Shown: positions 50,301 to 63,865 of the stretch, one piece after another | Layout of the letters: each line of letters starts with the position of its first letter | Numbering within the stretch: position 1 is the first letter of the stretch | Assembly: GCA_051294375.1 (NCBI GenBank) | Contig: CM119265.1 | Coordinates: 23,776,669 to 23,840,668, forward strand | DNA length: 64,000 bases | Reading direction: 5' to 3' | DNA from: Paraspadella gotoi | Taxonomy: Eukaryota; Animalia; Chaetognatha | Made by a program: the position numbers and the translations under genes | The notes under the pieces: model-generated | What the model was told of the DNA's origin: nothing | Databases searched by the model: none | What the model saw: only the letters and a program-made list of their open reading frames with translations

Positions 50301-53300
50301 TTCATAATATAACACCTGGATTATCTCAAAGAATGACAGAATCATTTGACCATCAATGGGGTTCGACAAATGGAATTGATATGAATACAGTAAGTAGATT
50401 GTGGCAGCACGACTTAAAGCTGCCTATCAGCTGTTCATCCTCAGTAAGGCGTAGTAAAAGTTGCAGATCAAAATTAGAATAGTTGTTCATGAACAGTCTT
50501 GTACTAAAGAACATTAATATATAAAAAAAATTGTTTTCTTAATTTTCGCATACGCCCATACATAGTACTTACCATAAAAAATTTCAAAATTTTAAAATAG
50601 TTTTTTTTTTTAGTTTTGACTTTTGAAAGCAAATTCGAATTCCTCATAAAAAGTTGATGAAAGAAAATATAAGTCTTAATCAAAAATTCTTTCATTAAGT
50701 TAGTTAAAAATTAAAAAAACTATATTTTTTATACTAAAATTAAATTGTAAGTTCATTTTAACAGTCTTTTAGGATTTTAACCCAATTAATGAAATAATTT
50801 TCTAAAAAGAGTTATATTTCCTTTTATCAACTTCTCGTGAGGAATTCGAATCTGCTTTCAAAAATAAGAAAAATCCATTTTAAAATTTTAACATTTTCAA
50901 AAATTGAAAAATATTTTTTTTTTTTTATTGTTTAAAAAATGTTCACAGCCTGTTCATGATCTACTATTCGAATTTTAATTCAACTTGATTTTAATATTTT
51001 TGCTACGCTTTGCTGAGCAGGCGTCCTGGGTTCAATTCTTGGGTATCCCAGTTCTGCCTTAAATGTGATGGAGCCGGGTTAAATATGCCAAAGACAGGAG
51101 GCGTCCGCAGCCCCCGTCCCCGGTATCACAGGCAATCCTCCCGTTGCCATAAGATTGAAATTATGCTTTTGTAAAAGGAGCCCGTATGTTATCAAATACA
51201 ATAATGTTTAGGTCTTAAAGACTTTCCCTGAATGCCTTCAAGCTGATATTCGGCTGCATCTCAACCGTCAACTTTTACACAGCAATCGTGCATTTAGAGG
51301 AGGACCGCCGGGTACATTTTTAGCCGGATCTGCTTACAGCAGATCCCGGCTCTATAATTCACTTTGTCGGTCCGTCGGTCCCACCCCAAAATCCTGTCGG
51401 TAAGTCATTTATATCATATCAGAACATCGAATTATGATAAATTATGCAAAAAAACCGATGCACGTCCCTTTGTCTGTCCCACCTTAGCTTTCATCGCCAA
51501 TTACTTATGACTCACGACTTGAAAGGTAAAAGGTTGAAAATAAAGTTTCGATGGAATCGTCCAAGTGGAAATGAGTTTAAATAGAATAAAAATAAAAAAC
51601 CTGTTTCACCATTTTATTGTGCTTAGGTAATTAATTAATTACCTGATCGGCTGCATACCACTTATGATTGTAAGCATTTACATATATAAATATAGTTATA
51701 GAAAGAAAAAAATATAAAAGCATAATTAATTAAATAATTATCTGATCATCTACTTACCGCTAATGATCGTGGGCAGATCCGGCATAGTGTGCTCAAACTT
51801 CTTTAATTAAACCCAAAAATAAACCCAAAATAAACCCAAAATATATGAGCACACCAATTATATTTCACTTTAAAAGCTTTTAAACAGTGATTAAACTATT
51901 ATTAAGGTTGCCTACGAACGCTTGCCTTAGTATTCAAAAGTACGCACGCACCTCCAGGAGACACTTTAATACATCAAGGCGATACTTTAAATTCAATATA
52001 TTTTATCGCGAGAGGAACAATAGAAGTAGTAAAAGGGGATATCTGTATGGCTATTTTAGGTAATAGTTTTAAAAATATTGTAAAATTAAAATAAGAACTC
52101 AACCAAAACTGTTTATTAGGGAAACAAGACAGTTTCGGATTACCCAGAATTTACCTAGACCCAAACAAAAATGCCGGGAGAAGTGGATGCGCGGTACGCG
52201 CTTTAGCTTACTGCGATTTGCACAAAGTGAGTTCTCTTTTATATTGCTGAATGATAAATATAATAATGCTCATTTTTTTTAAAACCAGGTTAATTTAAAT
52301 GATTTAGTAAAAGTGTTGGAAGAATATCCGAGATTTGCCGCCAACTTCATTGAAAATTTTCGAGTCACATTTGATGTTAAGGATGTAAGTTATTATTTTC
52401 TAATATATTAAACCATCAAAGCCTGTCCAAAGTCAGGGGCAAGATAGCTTATTTATAGAATGAATGAATAATTTTCATATTGGTTGTATTAATTTCATAT
52501 CCACTATTGCTTTTAAATATGATAAAATTTACAGGTTGAATTAATAAGTCCCCGCTCTGTTAAAGAGATGGATAAAGAAATGATCAGCTTCATTTGTTCA
52601 AGACAACCTGTCCTACAAGGGAAAGATGCTTTATTTGGAAGTAAGTTATAGGTTTGGTATTGATGACTTTATAATTTATAATCAATTTGGTTGCTTTCCT
52701 TTAGTTCGGGTTTTCGGTTTTGTGATCTTATTAATTATAAAATAATTTGTAACATACAGATCAACCAGAAACGAAACAAGGAATCGGTATTGGTATGGGA
52801 ATGGCGTTTACTGGCTTTAATGTTAACAAAACTGTTAACCTTGGAATGAAAGCTCCTATGTCCCAGTTGCAATCTATTCAAATAACTCAACCGGTGAGAT
52901 GAAGTGACATATCACAATTTTTTTATTTTAGTCTGTTCTGTGGACTTTATGTAAAAAAATGAAAATAAAAGTATGATGAAGAATGGTTTCCGCGTAAAAA
53001 ACCCAAGTTTTCCAAAAAAGAAAACGAAAAAAAAGGAAGAGAAGGAGCAGCATCAGAATGAAAAAAAACTTTAGAATTATTAAAATCTTAACGAGCTTTT
53101 TCTTTAGATAGAATAAGGGTGACCATTACTAATACAAATGGTAAAAAAAAACATTTTCTATTCTCAGATAAACTACCAAAGTCTGTCCAAAGTCAGGGGC
53201 AAGATAGCTTATTTAATATTTATTAAATGAATGAATATTGCATAATTTTTATATTGGTTGTACCAATTTCATAAATACATGTAATTAACTAATTTTAGAA

Positions 53301-55952
53301 TTCATCAACAGGATATTGAATTGGAAATAACGAAAAATGAAGGTGACACCATAGCAGCTTCTTCACTAAATGAAGCTAATAGAGCTCTAATCTTGCCAGG
53401 TAAAACCCTGTAGATTCTTCTACTGAAAATATATCCTTTTACTGCAAGAAGACCGCAAAAATTTATATTTCAAATTATTCACAAAATTGAATGGTGAGGC
53501 ATAAGTATGGTAAGTTGCCTGTGATTCCCAGCTGGGTAAGTCATCTTACCTGTTGGCGTTAAGGGCTTAAGAGCCTCAGTGCCACCACCTGCCACTGGCG
53601 CGGTTACTGTCTCGCATTGCCAACGAAGAGGGAAGTTGTTAGGAGTAAGACATGCCCAGTGGGGATGAAGACGGGGATGAAGATGAAAGCTGAGTGAAGT
53701 CGGAAGTGAGGCGCGTAAATATGCGGCTAAGGAACTAAGACTACTCTCCCTATCTTCTTTGCCGCCTTGGCTGAAAGAAAACGGGTCTGGGCTTGAGGGT
53801 GACTGGGTGAACTTTTCTCAATGCTTAACTACAAATATACCATCAATTAACCATGATTTTTTTTTAAGCAGCTGAAGAATGTCTCCCTTTATCTGAAGAA
53901 ATACATCATTTGCAACCGAATTCCGACAATCAAGTGATATCCTCTTCTCCAGATGATCCTACTGACAAAATTCTTCGAACGTCTGGTAATTGGTGTTTCG
54001 TCCACTACTTGGGTGTGGGCGGGAAGTGAATATTGATGGGAAGATAAGCATATTATTAGTTTGTCTTTATAGGAACTATTTAGTACGCAAGTTTCATAAG
54101 TAATATGTTTAAATTGGATAAGAGAATCATTGGGGATACAAATGTACTGTATTGAGAGTACCGTAGTGTAAGAAGAGTTTAAAGACATTTTTTGTGAGGC
54201 ATCATGTAATTTACAATGCGCATTGCGCAGAGACGTACATTATACAAATTTCACATGTTGTAAATGTACAATGTCTATCCGACCTCTCAGGTATTTTTGA
54301 TATTTGTCCACCCAAAGCTCAACCTGAAGACCTTTCTCCATCGCCAAACATGACACCTCAAAACTTATTTTCCTTCCAATCTTTATCTCAAGGTAAGACC
54401 AACTAAATTAATAATAAGCTGGCCTTATTTTTAGCGACAAATAATTTTTAAATAGGAGTGAGTAACCTTCTCACATCGTTAACCTGGCCTCGAAGCTTCG
54501 GAGCAGAATCGAATGAAACATCGACACAACCTTTGCTTGGAAAAGATGTATCAACTGAACACAGAAGCATAGGTCATATTTGCAATAATAAGGCAGATAA
54601 CCTAGATCGCTTAAAAAATTTTGTTCAAGATAAAACCACCTCATCTCCGTCCAAATCTATTCATTATTCTGAAGTGTAAGCAAAGAAAATATATAAATTT
54701 ATTGAAGTATTTCAATGATAAGTTACTAACCGAATTGTTTGTAGGCAAAATCAATTAGAAAGTAAATCTTCACCACTGCAAAGGAAAGCATATGGAATAA
54801 TGCCTCCTGGAGCGATCACCCTGAGTCCCCCGGTTATAGGTTATTATTTACCGCCCGACTCGGTTAAAACTAATGAAGAAACTTTGTGGACAGCTAAATA
54901 CCAACAAGTTAGTAGAACAAATTTAGTCCCCCCCCCCAAAAAAAAACTTTAATTGGTACAACTAATATTACATGCACATGGTTGCCGAAATTTTTTTCTT
55001 TTGTATCTGTTGGGAACATAAAAGTGGGCACTAACTGGTAGCATTAGGAGTTGTGTATTCACTATCTAGTCCTAAATTTAATAGGCAAAATATAGGGTTT
55101 ATGATTTGAAACCAAAGAGAGGAAGGAACAACGGATGGTTTTGCATAGACTTGTTTGAAATAAATTAAACCACTTTTATTTAAGACTTTATTGTAATAAC
55201 AGGTATCAAAGGCTCATTGCGAAGTTAAATGGCAGAGATGCAATTCTTTAACAACCACAAGCACAAATCAAGAAGGACAAAAAATTAAAAGGTATCTCTT
55301 TAACAAACCGATTTATTGATGTGAAATATTACAATTGTATAAAATCTTTTTGTCAAAAAGAAACAAAGCGAGAACAAGTCAGGATGGTACAACTCAAATC
55401 CTCAACGAAGTTGAAGGGAAACTTAATGACTTTTCCAAGTAAGAAAATTTTTATAAAAACATATTTTGTACTACTAATAAGAAAAAAAAGAAAATTTAGA
55501 TTTCTCTACAAATTGTAGTTATCTCAATTTTTTTTTTTTTTTTTGTTATTAATTTAGACAAAAGATCAGTGACATGAAGATTGCGCACTGCGCTGTCAAG
55601 TCATTATAAAAAACAGACATTTATTTTTGCGAAAATTGATGATTTCGACAGAGAAATGCGAATCGTGGAATCTCGACTACGTACGGAGATGGATACTATT
55701 TTCGATTTCCTTGGTGCATCCCGGTCGACCGCTTGTTGTGTCTCCTTTTGCGGAAAAAATCAAGAAAGAGTCATCTCAACGACCCAACAAGAAACCCTGG
55801 AGTCAAGTAGAAGCGTCATGGCAATTTCTCCGACGAGACCGCAATCTTTAAGCATGGATCCTAAAGAGAAACTCTTTCAGTCACAGAAGCTGATTGAAAA
55901 CCATATAAATAAGCTTCTAAAGGAGATAGAAAATAAAAATCGTAATACTTAA
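47398..55952 (+). CDS. ERG-subfamily (KCNH2/6/7-like) voltage-gated K+ channel with CNBHD and no N-terminal PAS domain; ~20 exons
   Basis: [28 protein letters not shown] (S1), [52 protein letters not shown] (S4), [32 protein letters not shown] (pore), [40 protein letters not shown]. Exons distal to ~52500 are low-complexity and less certain. Confidence 0.92.
50397..51170 (+). mobile_element. tRNA-headed SINE split by a MITE
   Basis: A-box-like gtggcagcacgacttaaagc (50401) left of the MITE; B box gggttcaattc (~51028) and tail atcacaggcaatcctcccgttgccata right of it. Confidence 0.55.
50448..51009. mobile_element. PIF/Harbinger (Tourist-like) MITE
   Basis: taa-ggcgtagtaaaag ... tttgctacgc; long internal inverted repeats; same family as 6221-6660. 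Confidence 0.75.
51317..51803 (+). mobile_element. HINE/DINE-1-like element, full length, without central array
   Basis: ttttagccggatctgc..gcagatcccggc 5' hairpin, gtcggtccgtcggtc, 3' subTIR gcagatccggc, then gtgtgctcaaac. Confidence 0.8.
53505..53810 (-). mobile_element. SINE-like body and tail fragment (no head recognised)
   Basis: Tail ggaatcacaggcaacttaccatac resembles those of 51125-51150 and family 1; other end resembles family 2. Confidence 0.45.
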
Positions 55953-57296
55953 CGAATAACGCAGTCAAAAATAACGCTGAGAATTGTTATGATGAAATTG
56001 TCATTAGACAGAATACGTAAAATTAGGTACCTATTTGAATACAATTTGAGTTGATAAATTTTATTATTTATTCATATTGATTCACATTTTACTACTCTTT
56101 TCATATCACAAGTTGAACTCGCCACACTTCTTTCATCACTAGTTTTATCTTGAAAACTGAAATGAATTAAACAACGTTAAATATTGAATGTGAAATTGTT
56201 TAAAATTGTTTTTGTTTGAAACTCTTTACTTCAGCCAAAAAGTTCTTAATTCATTGCATGGTTTACGTATTTTGTTAGAAAAGCTGGTAATGAACTACAT
56301 GCCTTTTCCGTAGTACCACATTGCACTAAAAAAGGCTTGTTAAAATCTTTATTGTTGTATTTAATATTTCTACAGATTAAATATAATTATTTTTGAACTA
56401 ACTAAAGTTTTGATGACAAATAAAATACCAATTTGCTTAAGAAAAAAATGACCAATAAATAAGCTTCAGTAGAAAAGGTATGAAAGTGGAGATAGTTATT
56501 TAGAAAAACTTTAAACTTCGCATATAATAGCGCTAATTTTACAAGAATCACGAATATACTAGCGACAGACGATTAGTATTATTATTATTTCTTTCTATCA
56601 ATGATACTGCTTGACTAAAAAAATTAAGGAAATGTAGAATATATCTAAATTAGTATCTTACGTAAATATTAGTTCGCCCATATAGGCATATACCCTAGCT
56701 TTGTTTAATAAACATAATAAAAACGAAAAATAAATACAGCTCGCACCCGCATTGTAAATTTGTAAAAACCTCGAGCAATAAGTCGGTTGCTCTTATTTTT
56801 AATCAAAAAGCCGAGTTGACTTGCAGTTAGTGGCATCTCACGAACATAACCGGCGCTCTCCCTCTCAGTTTCAAAACAAAAATGTCACCATCCTTGACTC
56901 TTCCATCGCACACTTTCACCTTCGTCTTCAAAAAAGCCAAAACGTAAAAATCAGGGATGTTCTACGTAGCTGACGCAACCAACTCGGCTGATACCAGTGC
57001 AATCAGGTCGGAGACAGAGTAAATCCGGAAATAATTCCGGTATTTTCGAAAGCAAAGCAAAGCAATTTCACAAATCGAAAGCCATGCGGCACAATGAAGT
57101 AATTAAAAATTGACCGGAGTGTAAATTTAACAGCAGTACTGGTTTTTTACGGAGATTTTACATCCAAATCAACCTAAGACAACGACGCGAATTCTTTTAC
57201 GACAGTCTTTCTCTCATGCCATCCTAACAGGAGGGCTCAAATGTGATGTCGATTGGGACCACGCCGGACCATTCGGCAATTTTTACCAGCATCAAA

Positions 57297-60200
57297 ATGT
57301 CAAACTCTGTCGGGAGCTACATTCCAGGAGCGCAAGTGGTCCAAGGGCAGGGACCGCTCAAAGACTTTGTCTTCACGGAAAAACTCGGAAGTGGAACCTA
57401 CGCCACTGTGTACAAGGCCTTCAGAACGACTCCGAATCGCGAAACGGTGGCGATAAAGGTAGGGCAGATTGATTAATAATCAATTAATCATTAATAAGAT
57501 AATTAATAATATAATTAATCATTAATCATATATGATTCACTTGGCAGACTAAAAATGTATGCGAAATAATAGCCGTTAAAAAAAAACCTTTCGGCGACTA
57601 AACAATTTGAAATAATTATAATAATTACCAAGGTGGTGGACAAAAAAACGCTCAACCGGGCGTCGACGGAAAATCTCCTCACGGAAATCGAGATCCTAAA
57701 GACTATGAAGCACGAGCACATTGTGGAATTGCGGGATTTCGTTTGGGACGAACACTACATTTACCTCGTCATGGAATACTGCTCCGGGGGAGACTTATCG
57801 AGGTAAAAAACCCGCGTTTCCCCTCTTTCCTCTTCAGAGAAAGAAAGATCGAGTTCGGTGTTATTGTGTCACCTTGTCTATTTCTTTTTCATCTTTCTTC
57901 AGGTTCATCAAAAAGAAAAAAGTTTTGCCAGAGTTCGTGGCAAAATACTGCCTTCAGCAAATCGCCTCCGCTTTAAAGTTTTTGAGGGAGAACAACGTTT
58001 CGCATCTCGACCTGAAGCCGCAAAACATTTTGCTCTCGTCCAAAGACAGTCCTACGCTCAAGGTACTGTTTAGAACTAGAACTACACCCTTCTGCCAAAA
58101 AATGCCCCATTTTATAACATATAAAAATTTCGCATTAGAATATTTAGACTTACTCTAATTATTCTAAGAATAATTAGAATAAGAATTTAATTAGAATTAA
58201 ATTGTTAGAATAATATAATCATTAGAATAATTTCATAATATATTAGTCGTTGGGTCAGCTTAATTGAGGAAAACATGCGCAATGTATTCGTCAGTGAACT
58301 GTAACTCGCTTCAAATTTTTCAAATTGTCATATTTTTAACTTAATTGCAAAGTTAATTTTTCCCTATGATTGTGTAAATGAGACTTAAGTACAAATTCAT
58401 AATCTGAAAAAAAAGAAAAAAAAAGAATCACTAACTAACCTCTCCTATCCGCTTTGACTCAGCTGGCGGATTTTGGCTTTGCTCAGCACCTCGACGACCG
58501 CGCGGGCAAGAAGGGGATGCGTGGCTCGCCGCTATACATGGCACCGGAAATTCTATTGCAAAATCGCTACGACGCCAGGTGAAGCTGTGGGAAGCACGTG
58601 AGCAGACACTTTGTAGGCAATTACACCTATGTGAAGGAGGCGATGAGGTAGTCTTTATACTTATCTTCACATTAAAAAAACTTCAACGTCACTGATTTCT
58701 TCCCACGATATTTAGTATTAAATTCTCTTCCATCGGCAGCGTGGATCTCTGGTCGGTGGGCGTGATCCTTTACGAATCGCTCTTCGGCCGCGCCCCCTTC
58801 GCCTCGGAGTCCTACCAGCAGTTGGCGGAAAAAATCAAAAAGACGAAACCGATCGAGATGCCGGCCAGTAAGTGTTAGTCATCCGCTTCCTGAATCCATA
58901 TCCTAACATGATAAAGAAATCAAGTGAGTGGCTCAAAACTGGATCGTATTCGTTTCACAAAAAAATGCTGAGCGCGCCAGTAAGTGAATCTAGGAAAAAA
59001 AAACACGGGAAACATTGGATCGAAATAATAGACGTGTATGATTGCTTGAAATTCGTCAATGTAATACGTGAAATTTTTTGGTGATTAAAACTGAAAATTC
59101 ATCCGTGCGGTTTGGAGGTTGTAGGTGGGTGCAGGGAAAAAAACGAACAACATGGGTGGATGGTGGGAGAAGAGGGTCAAAGGGATTTCAAAATCATTCT
59201 AAAAAATTTAAATGACTCGTTAAAAAATCGAGTAGAATAGGCTATAAGCTAAGAAAATCCTCATCAATGAGGATAAAGTGAATTTTTTTTCTCGGAAATA
59301 CATTAACATTCAACAACATGTATCAAAACAATAGAGACACAAGATAATAATGGGATTCGTAACGCCATGCGGCTCTTTCTTTCTCTGTCTCTCTCTTTCG
59401 GAGTTGGACGCCAGAGCGAGTAACGGATGCATTTCATAAAAATCTCGTTTCGTTCAGCGGCCTCCCATCGAGTCGCAAAACTACGCCAATTGTGAGCTCA
59501 AATTCTCTTCCACGCTCCAAGATAAAAACGATTAGTCTAAGAGCGAAGCAATGACGTGAGAGAACACTTTTTACTACCGGCCATCCGACATTAGACATGA
59601 AAACTAAAGCGGCCGGTGTGGCGGTTTTAAAAGTTTTTCCTTGTATGAGAATTCCGCGTCCGAGGAATCTTCGAAAGACAATTTCTGATTATGCTGTCGG
59701 TGTCGGTGAGACTTGTGCGCGGGCGGCGCCGTCGACTTGAGCGCCGCCTTTAGCCCCGACCAACCCGTCGGGGAGGACGACGTCGAGGATTGAGCTGCGC
59801 CGAGATGATCGTCCCTTCCCTTGGCGATGGTCTTGACCTGCGCGGCGCTGGCGCCGCCACCGCCGCCCTTTTTCGACGCGTAGGTTCGGGCATCGAGGAG
59901 GTACTTGCGCGGCTTCGGCACCGCCTCTTCCGGAGGATGATGAACGTGACACGACTCGGCCGTGTGAAGTTTAAGCGCGTGCGTAGAGGACGGGCCGACG
60001 CGTAGGGCATCCGAGCATTGACCCCTGAAGTCTTTGGAGAGAAGGATGAATTTATTTAGGGGAAAAAGAAATCTCCCCCACTCATTTTACCTAAGCTGTC
60101 TTCGTCGTCGGTATCCCCGTCGTCGCTGATGGTGACGAAGCCGTTCTCCCCCTTGACGAGCTCCTCCTCCCCTCGGGAGAAGACCTTTCCCCTCATTTCG

Positions 60201-62127
60201 CCAGAGACTTGACCGTTGGCGCGCAGCGCCATCGAGCCTCGCAACAGTAGCTCCCGCGGGACGCTGGGTTTAGCGTCTCTTCGAATCAGGATCTCCCGCG
60301 GCGACGAGGACGAGGGCTTGGAGGATGAGCTCTTGAAGGCGAGCTCGTCGCTGAAGTGAGTTCTGGGATGACTTAGAGTTGGATAGTAGCAACTTTTCAA
60401 AGCTCTCGTCTCGTACAAGGAGCAGTAGCGATGATTGGCGTGGCCGGCACCCGTTCCGGCCGTCTCCGCCCGGTTGTCAACGTCGCCGACAGCACATTTA
60501 GTTTGAAAATCTCGAATTAGATCGCGTTCGCTCATCTTAGAAAGTTTGAGTCGGGGCTCGACGGGAGAAGGTTGGGGAGGATTGGGGGGGGGGGAATCCG
60601 CTAACGTCGAACCGACGAAAAAATGAACTGATGCCGCCAATGGTTTTGCGCCTCCTCCCGTTCTCTCTCGCGAAGTCTATGTTGAGACGTTAAAAGAAGT
60701 AAATTTTTTTTTCCAGACGTAAGACTGAGCGAAGGATGTCGCGACCTCCTCTCCCGTCTTCTTCAGAGAGACCCAAAGGAGAGGATCAGCTTCGAGGAAT
60801 TCTTCGACCACCCCTGGGTCGATCTCGAGCACATGCCGAGCCAACGATGCATGGGGAAAGGAATCGCTCTCGTCAAAAAGGCGGTGGAACAGGTAACACC
60901 GAGACCACGCGCTCTTTTTTCTGTTCGAAAAAGAATTAATGCCGGAATAAATTAAATAATTGACAAAATAAGAATATGACGGAAATCTAACTAAAGTAAA
61001 GAATCCGAAAGGTATGTCGGAGTAACGTAAACTAACTCTTAATGTTAATTTTGATGCTCCGAAATGATTTATTTTTACCCCTAAAATTGTTTTAAAATTC
61101 CTCAACAATGTAACATTCGCCTATTCTCTATCTCTCTCCCTCAGGACGAAGCGAGAAACATCAAGGACGCGGTGAGACTTTATTGCCAAGCCCTCGAATA
61201 CCTTGTTCCCGCTACTTACTACGAAAGCGACCAAGCCAAGAAAGAGGCGATCAGAAAAAAGACGAGACAATATATGGAAAGGGCTGAGGCCCTCAAGGGA
61301 GTTCTGTCCCAATTGAAATCGATGTCGGGTTCGGACGGAACTGTGTTGGAAGACAGCAACACGAACAGCAACAGCAAAACCGAATCTCTCTCCGACTCAT
61401 CGAAGGAGGATAGCAGGTAAGGTCTTGATTTCGAACGATGAAGGACTAACGTCATAATTGGGAATATATCATTTCACAGCGCGACGCCACAAACCGACGA
61501 CACTTCGGCGTCATCCGGAAATGGAAATAACGGCGTCGGCGCGGCGACGATTAGCGTTGGCGCGGCGACGATTAGCGTCGGCGCTGTTTCTCTTGGCGCC
61601 GGAATGAGAGTGGACTACAACGTCTCGGGAACTGTTGAGATTCCTGAAGTTCCTCAGTTGCTGGACGAACTTGGTAAGACTAAAATTAGTGAAATAAATA
61701 CTCATTAAACAAACGCAACATCTATCAAATTCAGGAAAAATGACGATATCGTCGCAAAATTCCAAATTACAAGCTGCCCTTACAGTGATAAAAGCGGCTC
61801 AAAACAAGGCGGCTAATCAAGAATATCAAGCTGCTCTGGAGAAATACGAATTGGCTCTCGGTGCTCTTATTCCCTTGATGCAAAAAGAGGTGGGTAAAAA
61901 TTCTTACGCCACAAAATTGCTCAAGAATAACATCGAGAAACCTCTTTATTTAGGACAATGAGCGAAAAAAGACAATAATGCGTCAGCTGGTGTCTCATTG
62001 GATGGCAGAAGCGGAGGAAATCAAGGAGGTTATTCAAGTGACTACGGTTCACCAGAAGGTTGAGTCTGAAAGAGAAGAAGAAGAAATGATGGCCACCGCG
62101 ACTAAAGACCTCTGCCTTCTCCAATAA
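57297..62127 (+). CDS. ULK3: Ser/Thr kinase ULK3 (kinase plus two MIT domains); 10 exons (57297-57458, 57633-57802, 57903-58061, 58463-58578, 58740-58867, 60717-60892, 61145-61416, 61480-61673, 61735-61889, 61954-62127)
   Basis: [130 protein letters not shown], ending CLLQ. An in-frame upstream ATG exists at 57246. Confidence 0.95.
59604..60535 (-). CDS. Probable nested antisense gene in ULK3 intron 5; 2 exons (60535-60091, 60031-59604), ~290 aa, function unknown
   Basis: GC-rich open frames joined by a 59-nt GT-AG intron (ttag|gtaaaa ... ccaaag|ac), 873 nt in total: [45 protein letters not shown]. Confidence 0.55.
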
Positions 62128-63865
62128 CCTATTTTCTTATTATAAATTAATTTATTATGATCCTCAGATGATTAGGCTTTATTTAACTTTCATTTACCAA
62201 GCAAACCGTTTCAAAGTAATTTTAAGATTAGAGTAGGTCACTCTTATAGTTCTTATGGTTATGCCAAGTGCCATCTTCAACTTATTGATATTTGCCTGAT
62301 AATCATCATTGCTATAGTTTAGAACTCTCTCTTGATCGTATTTATCTGTACTTTTTTTAAAAGACTACGATGAATGAATAATCAAAATCCTCACATTCAC
62401 TGAAAAAAGAACATAATTAGTACGTTTAATATTGTTTGAGAAATTGATATTGCTAATTAAAATACTTCATTTACACAAGAAAAAAAATTTAGCAGATTAT
62501 TTTTATCTTCGACTTGAAAAAAGATGATATTTTTATACAATTATTTTTATTTCTGGTATCTTACTCAGAATGAATAACATTCTATTTCCCATATATCTTT
62601 TCTTAATTTAATAGGAAATTAATTTTTTTAAATATCCAATTGCATATTCATCGTGAATTAAACAAAAAGTATAGTTTGGGTCAAGAGGTATTATTAGGTT
62701 GCGGCAATGATTCTCTACACTTGTTAAGATTACGATTTGGTTGCAATATTATGTCAATCTTCAATGACACACTTGATTATATGAAACGTTGATCTTAATT
62801 CACTTCATCTTGTTAGATCTCAATTCTTAGGTTTAGTATTTCTGCCATTAAATTCATTATCATATTTTTATCTTCACCGTTCAAAAGCCATCACGGATTT
62901 ATCTCCCTTTTTACAGTTTATAGAATGTTGAACCTAGTCATCAAATACATCTTATTATAAGACGGGTCCTGCATTGATAAGAAACTAAATCAGCTAATAT
63001 ATTATGAATTTTTGCCATTATGAGATTTAACACTAAACGCTATAACTATATTCTAGATTTCTCAAATTTTCGGTAAAAATTCTTGCAATATTTGGACTAT
63101 ATGAACTCAATCCTGCTTAACTTAACATTTGGCCTACCCGTGTTATAGTGCATTGTTATTTGTCTGTTAATTACCCTTAGTGAAGTTCTACGTTGTGATT
63201 GTGATTAGTGAGTTTTAAAGTGGTTTATTTTTATCGATTCATCTTCAATTTCATGTTTTCGGACCCCAGTATCCAAAGTGCTGTTTTCTTGCTAAATTTT
63301 ATCATTCAACGAGGAAGTGATATATCCATCATGAATTTCAGAGTCGTATTCATACAGAGCGGGAGTGTTACATTGTCTATATTACTCATTTCACATTCCG
63401 TTAATCTCAAGTCACGTTATAATGATAATTAACTGAACAAGCATTTTTGGATTATCAGCTCGACATATTTTTTTCTTGAATATATTTTAATTAGGTTAGA
63501 CATCTCTATATGGCTAGCTCCTAACAAAAATATTTTTGATTTTAAATCCAACTAAATTTGCTTTTTCCCTATAAATATAAAACAAAACGATTGAGTCAAA
63601 ACCAAAACCAATAAAAAAACAGCACAGCTCGAAACAAAATATTATTCGACACAAATTCAAACCAATATTTGTAAAGATTTTCTGGAGATACTGAATATCA
63701 TCTTATGCGCATCTTATCTTAGGAAATAACCTAAAATTCGATGTTAAAAAAATTCGAAAATTGTTGACTTGAAAATAAGCCTTCAACCAAAAGTATGACA
63801 AAACTTGTTTGTGTGATCATTCCCGCTCCAAAAGACGTTCCCCCACCTCCCGGCGGAAAGAAGGG

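Noticed and set aside
62150-63480. Coding-like minus-strand sequence downstream of MAT, and TACAGATAA (62342-62350 minus) as a METTL16 site
   Set aside because: Many stops in every frame with no recognisable homology; the motif deviates from UACAGARAA and no hairpin is evident.
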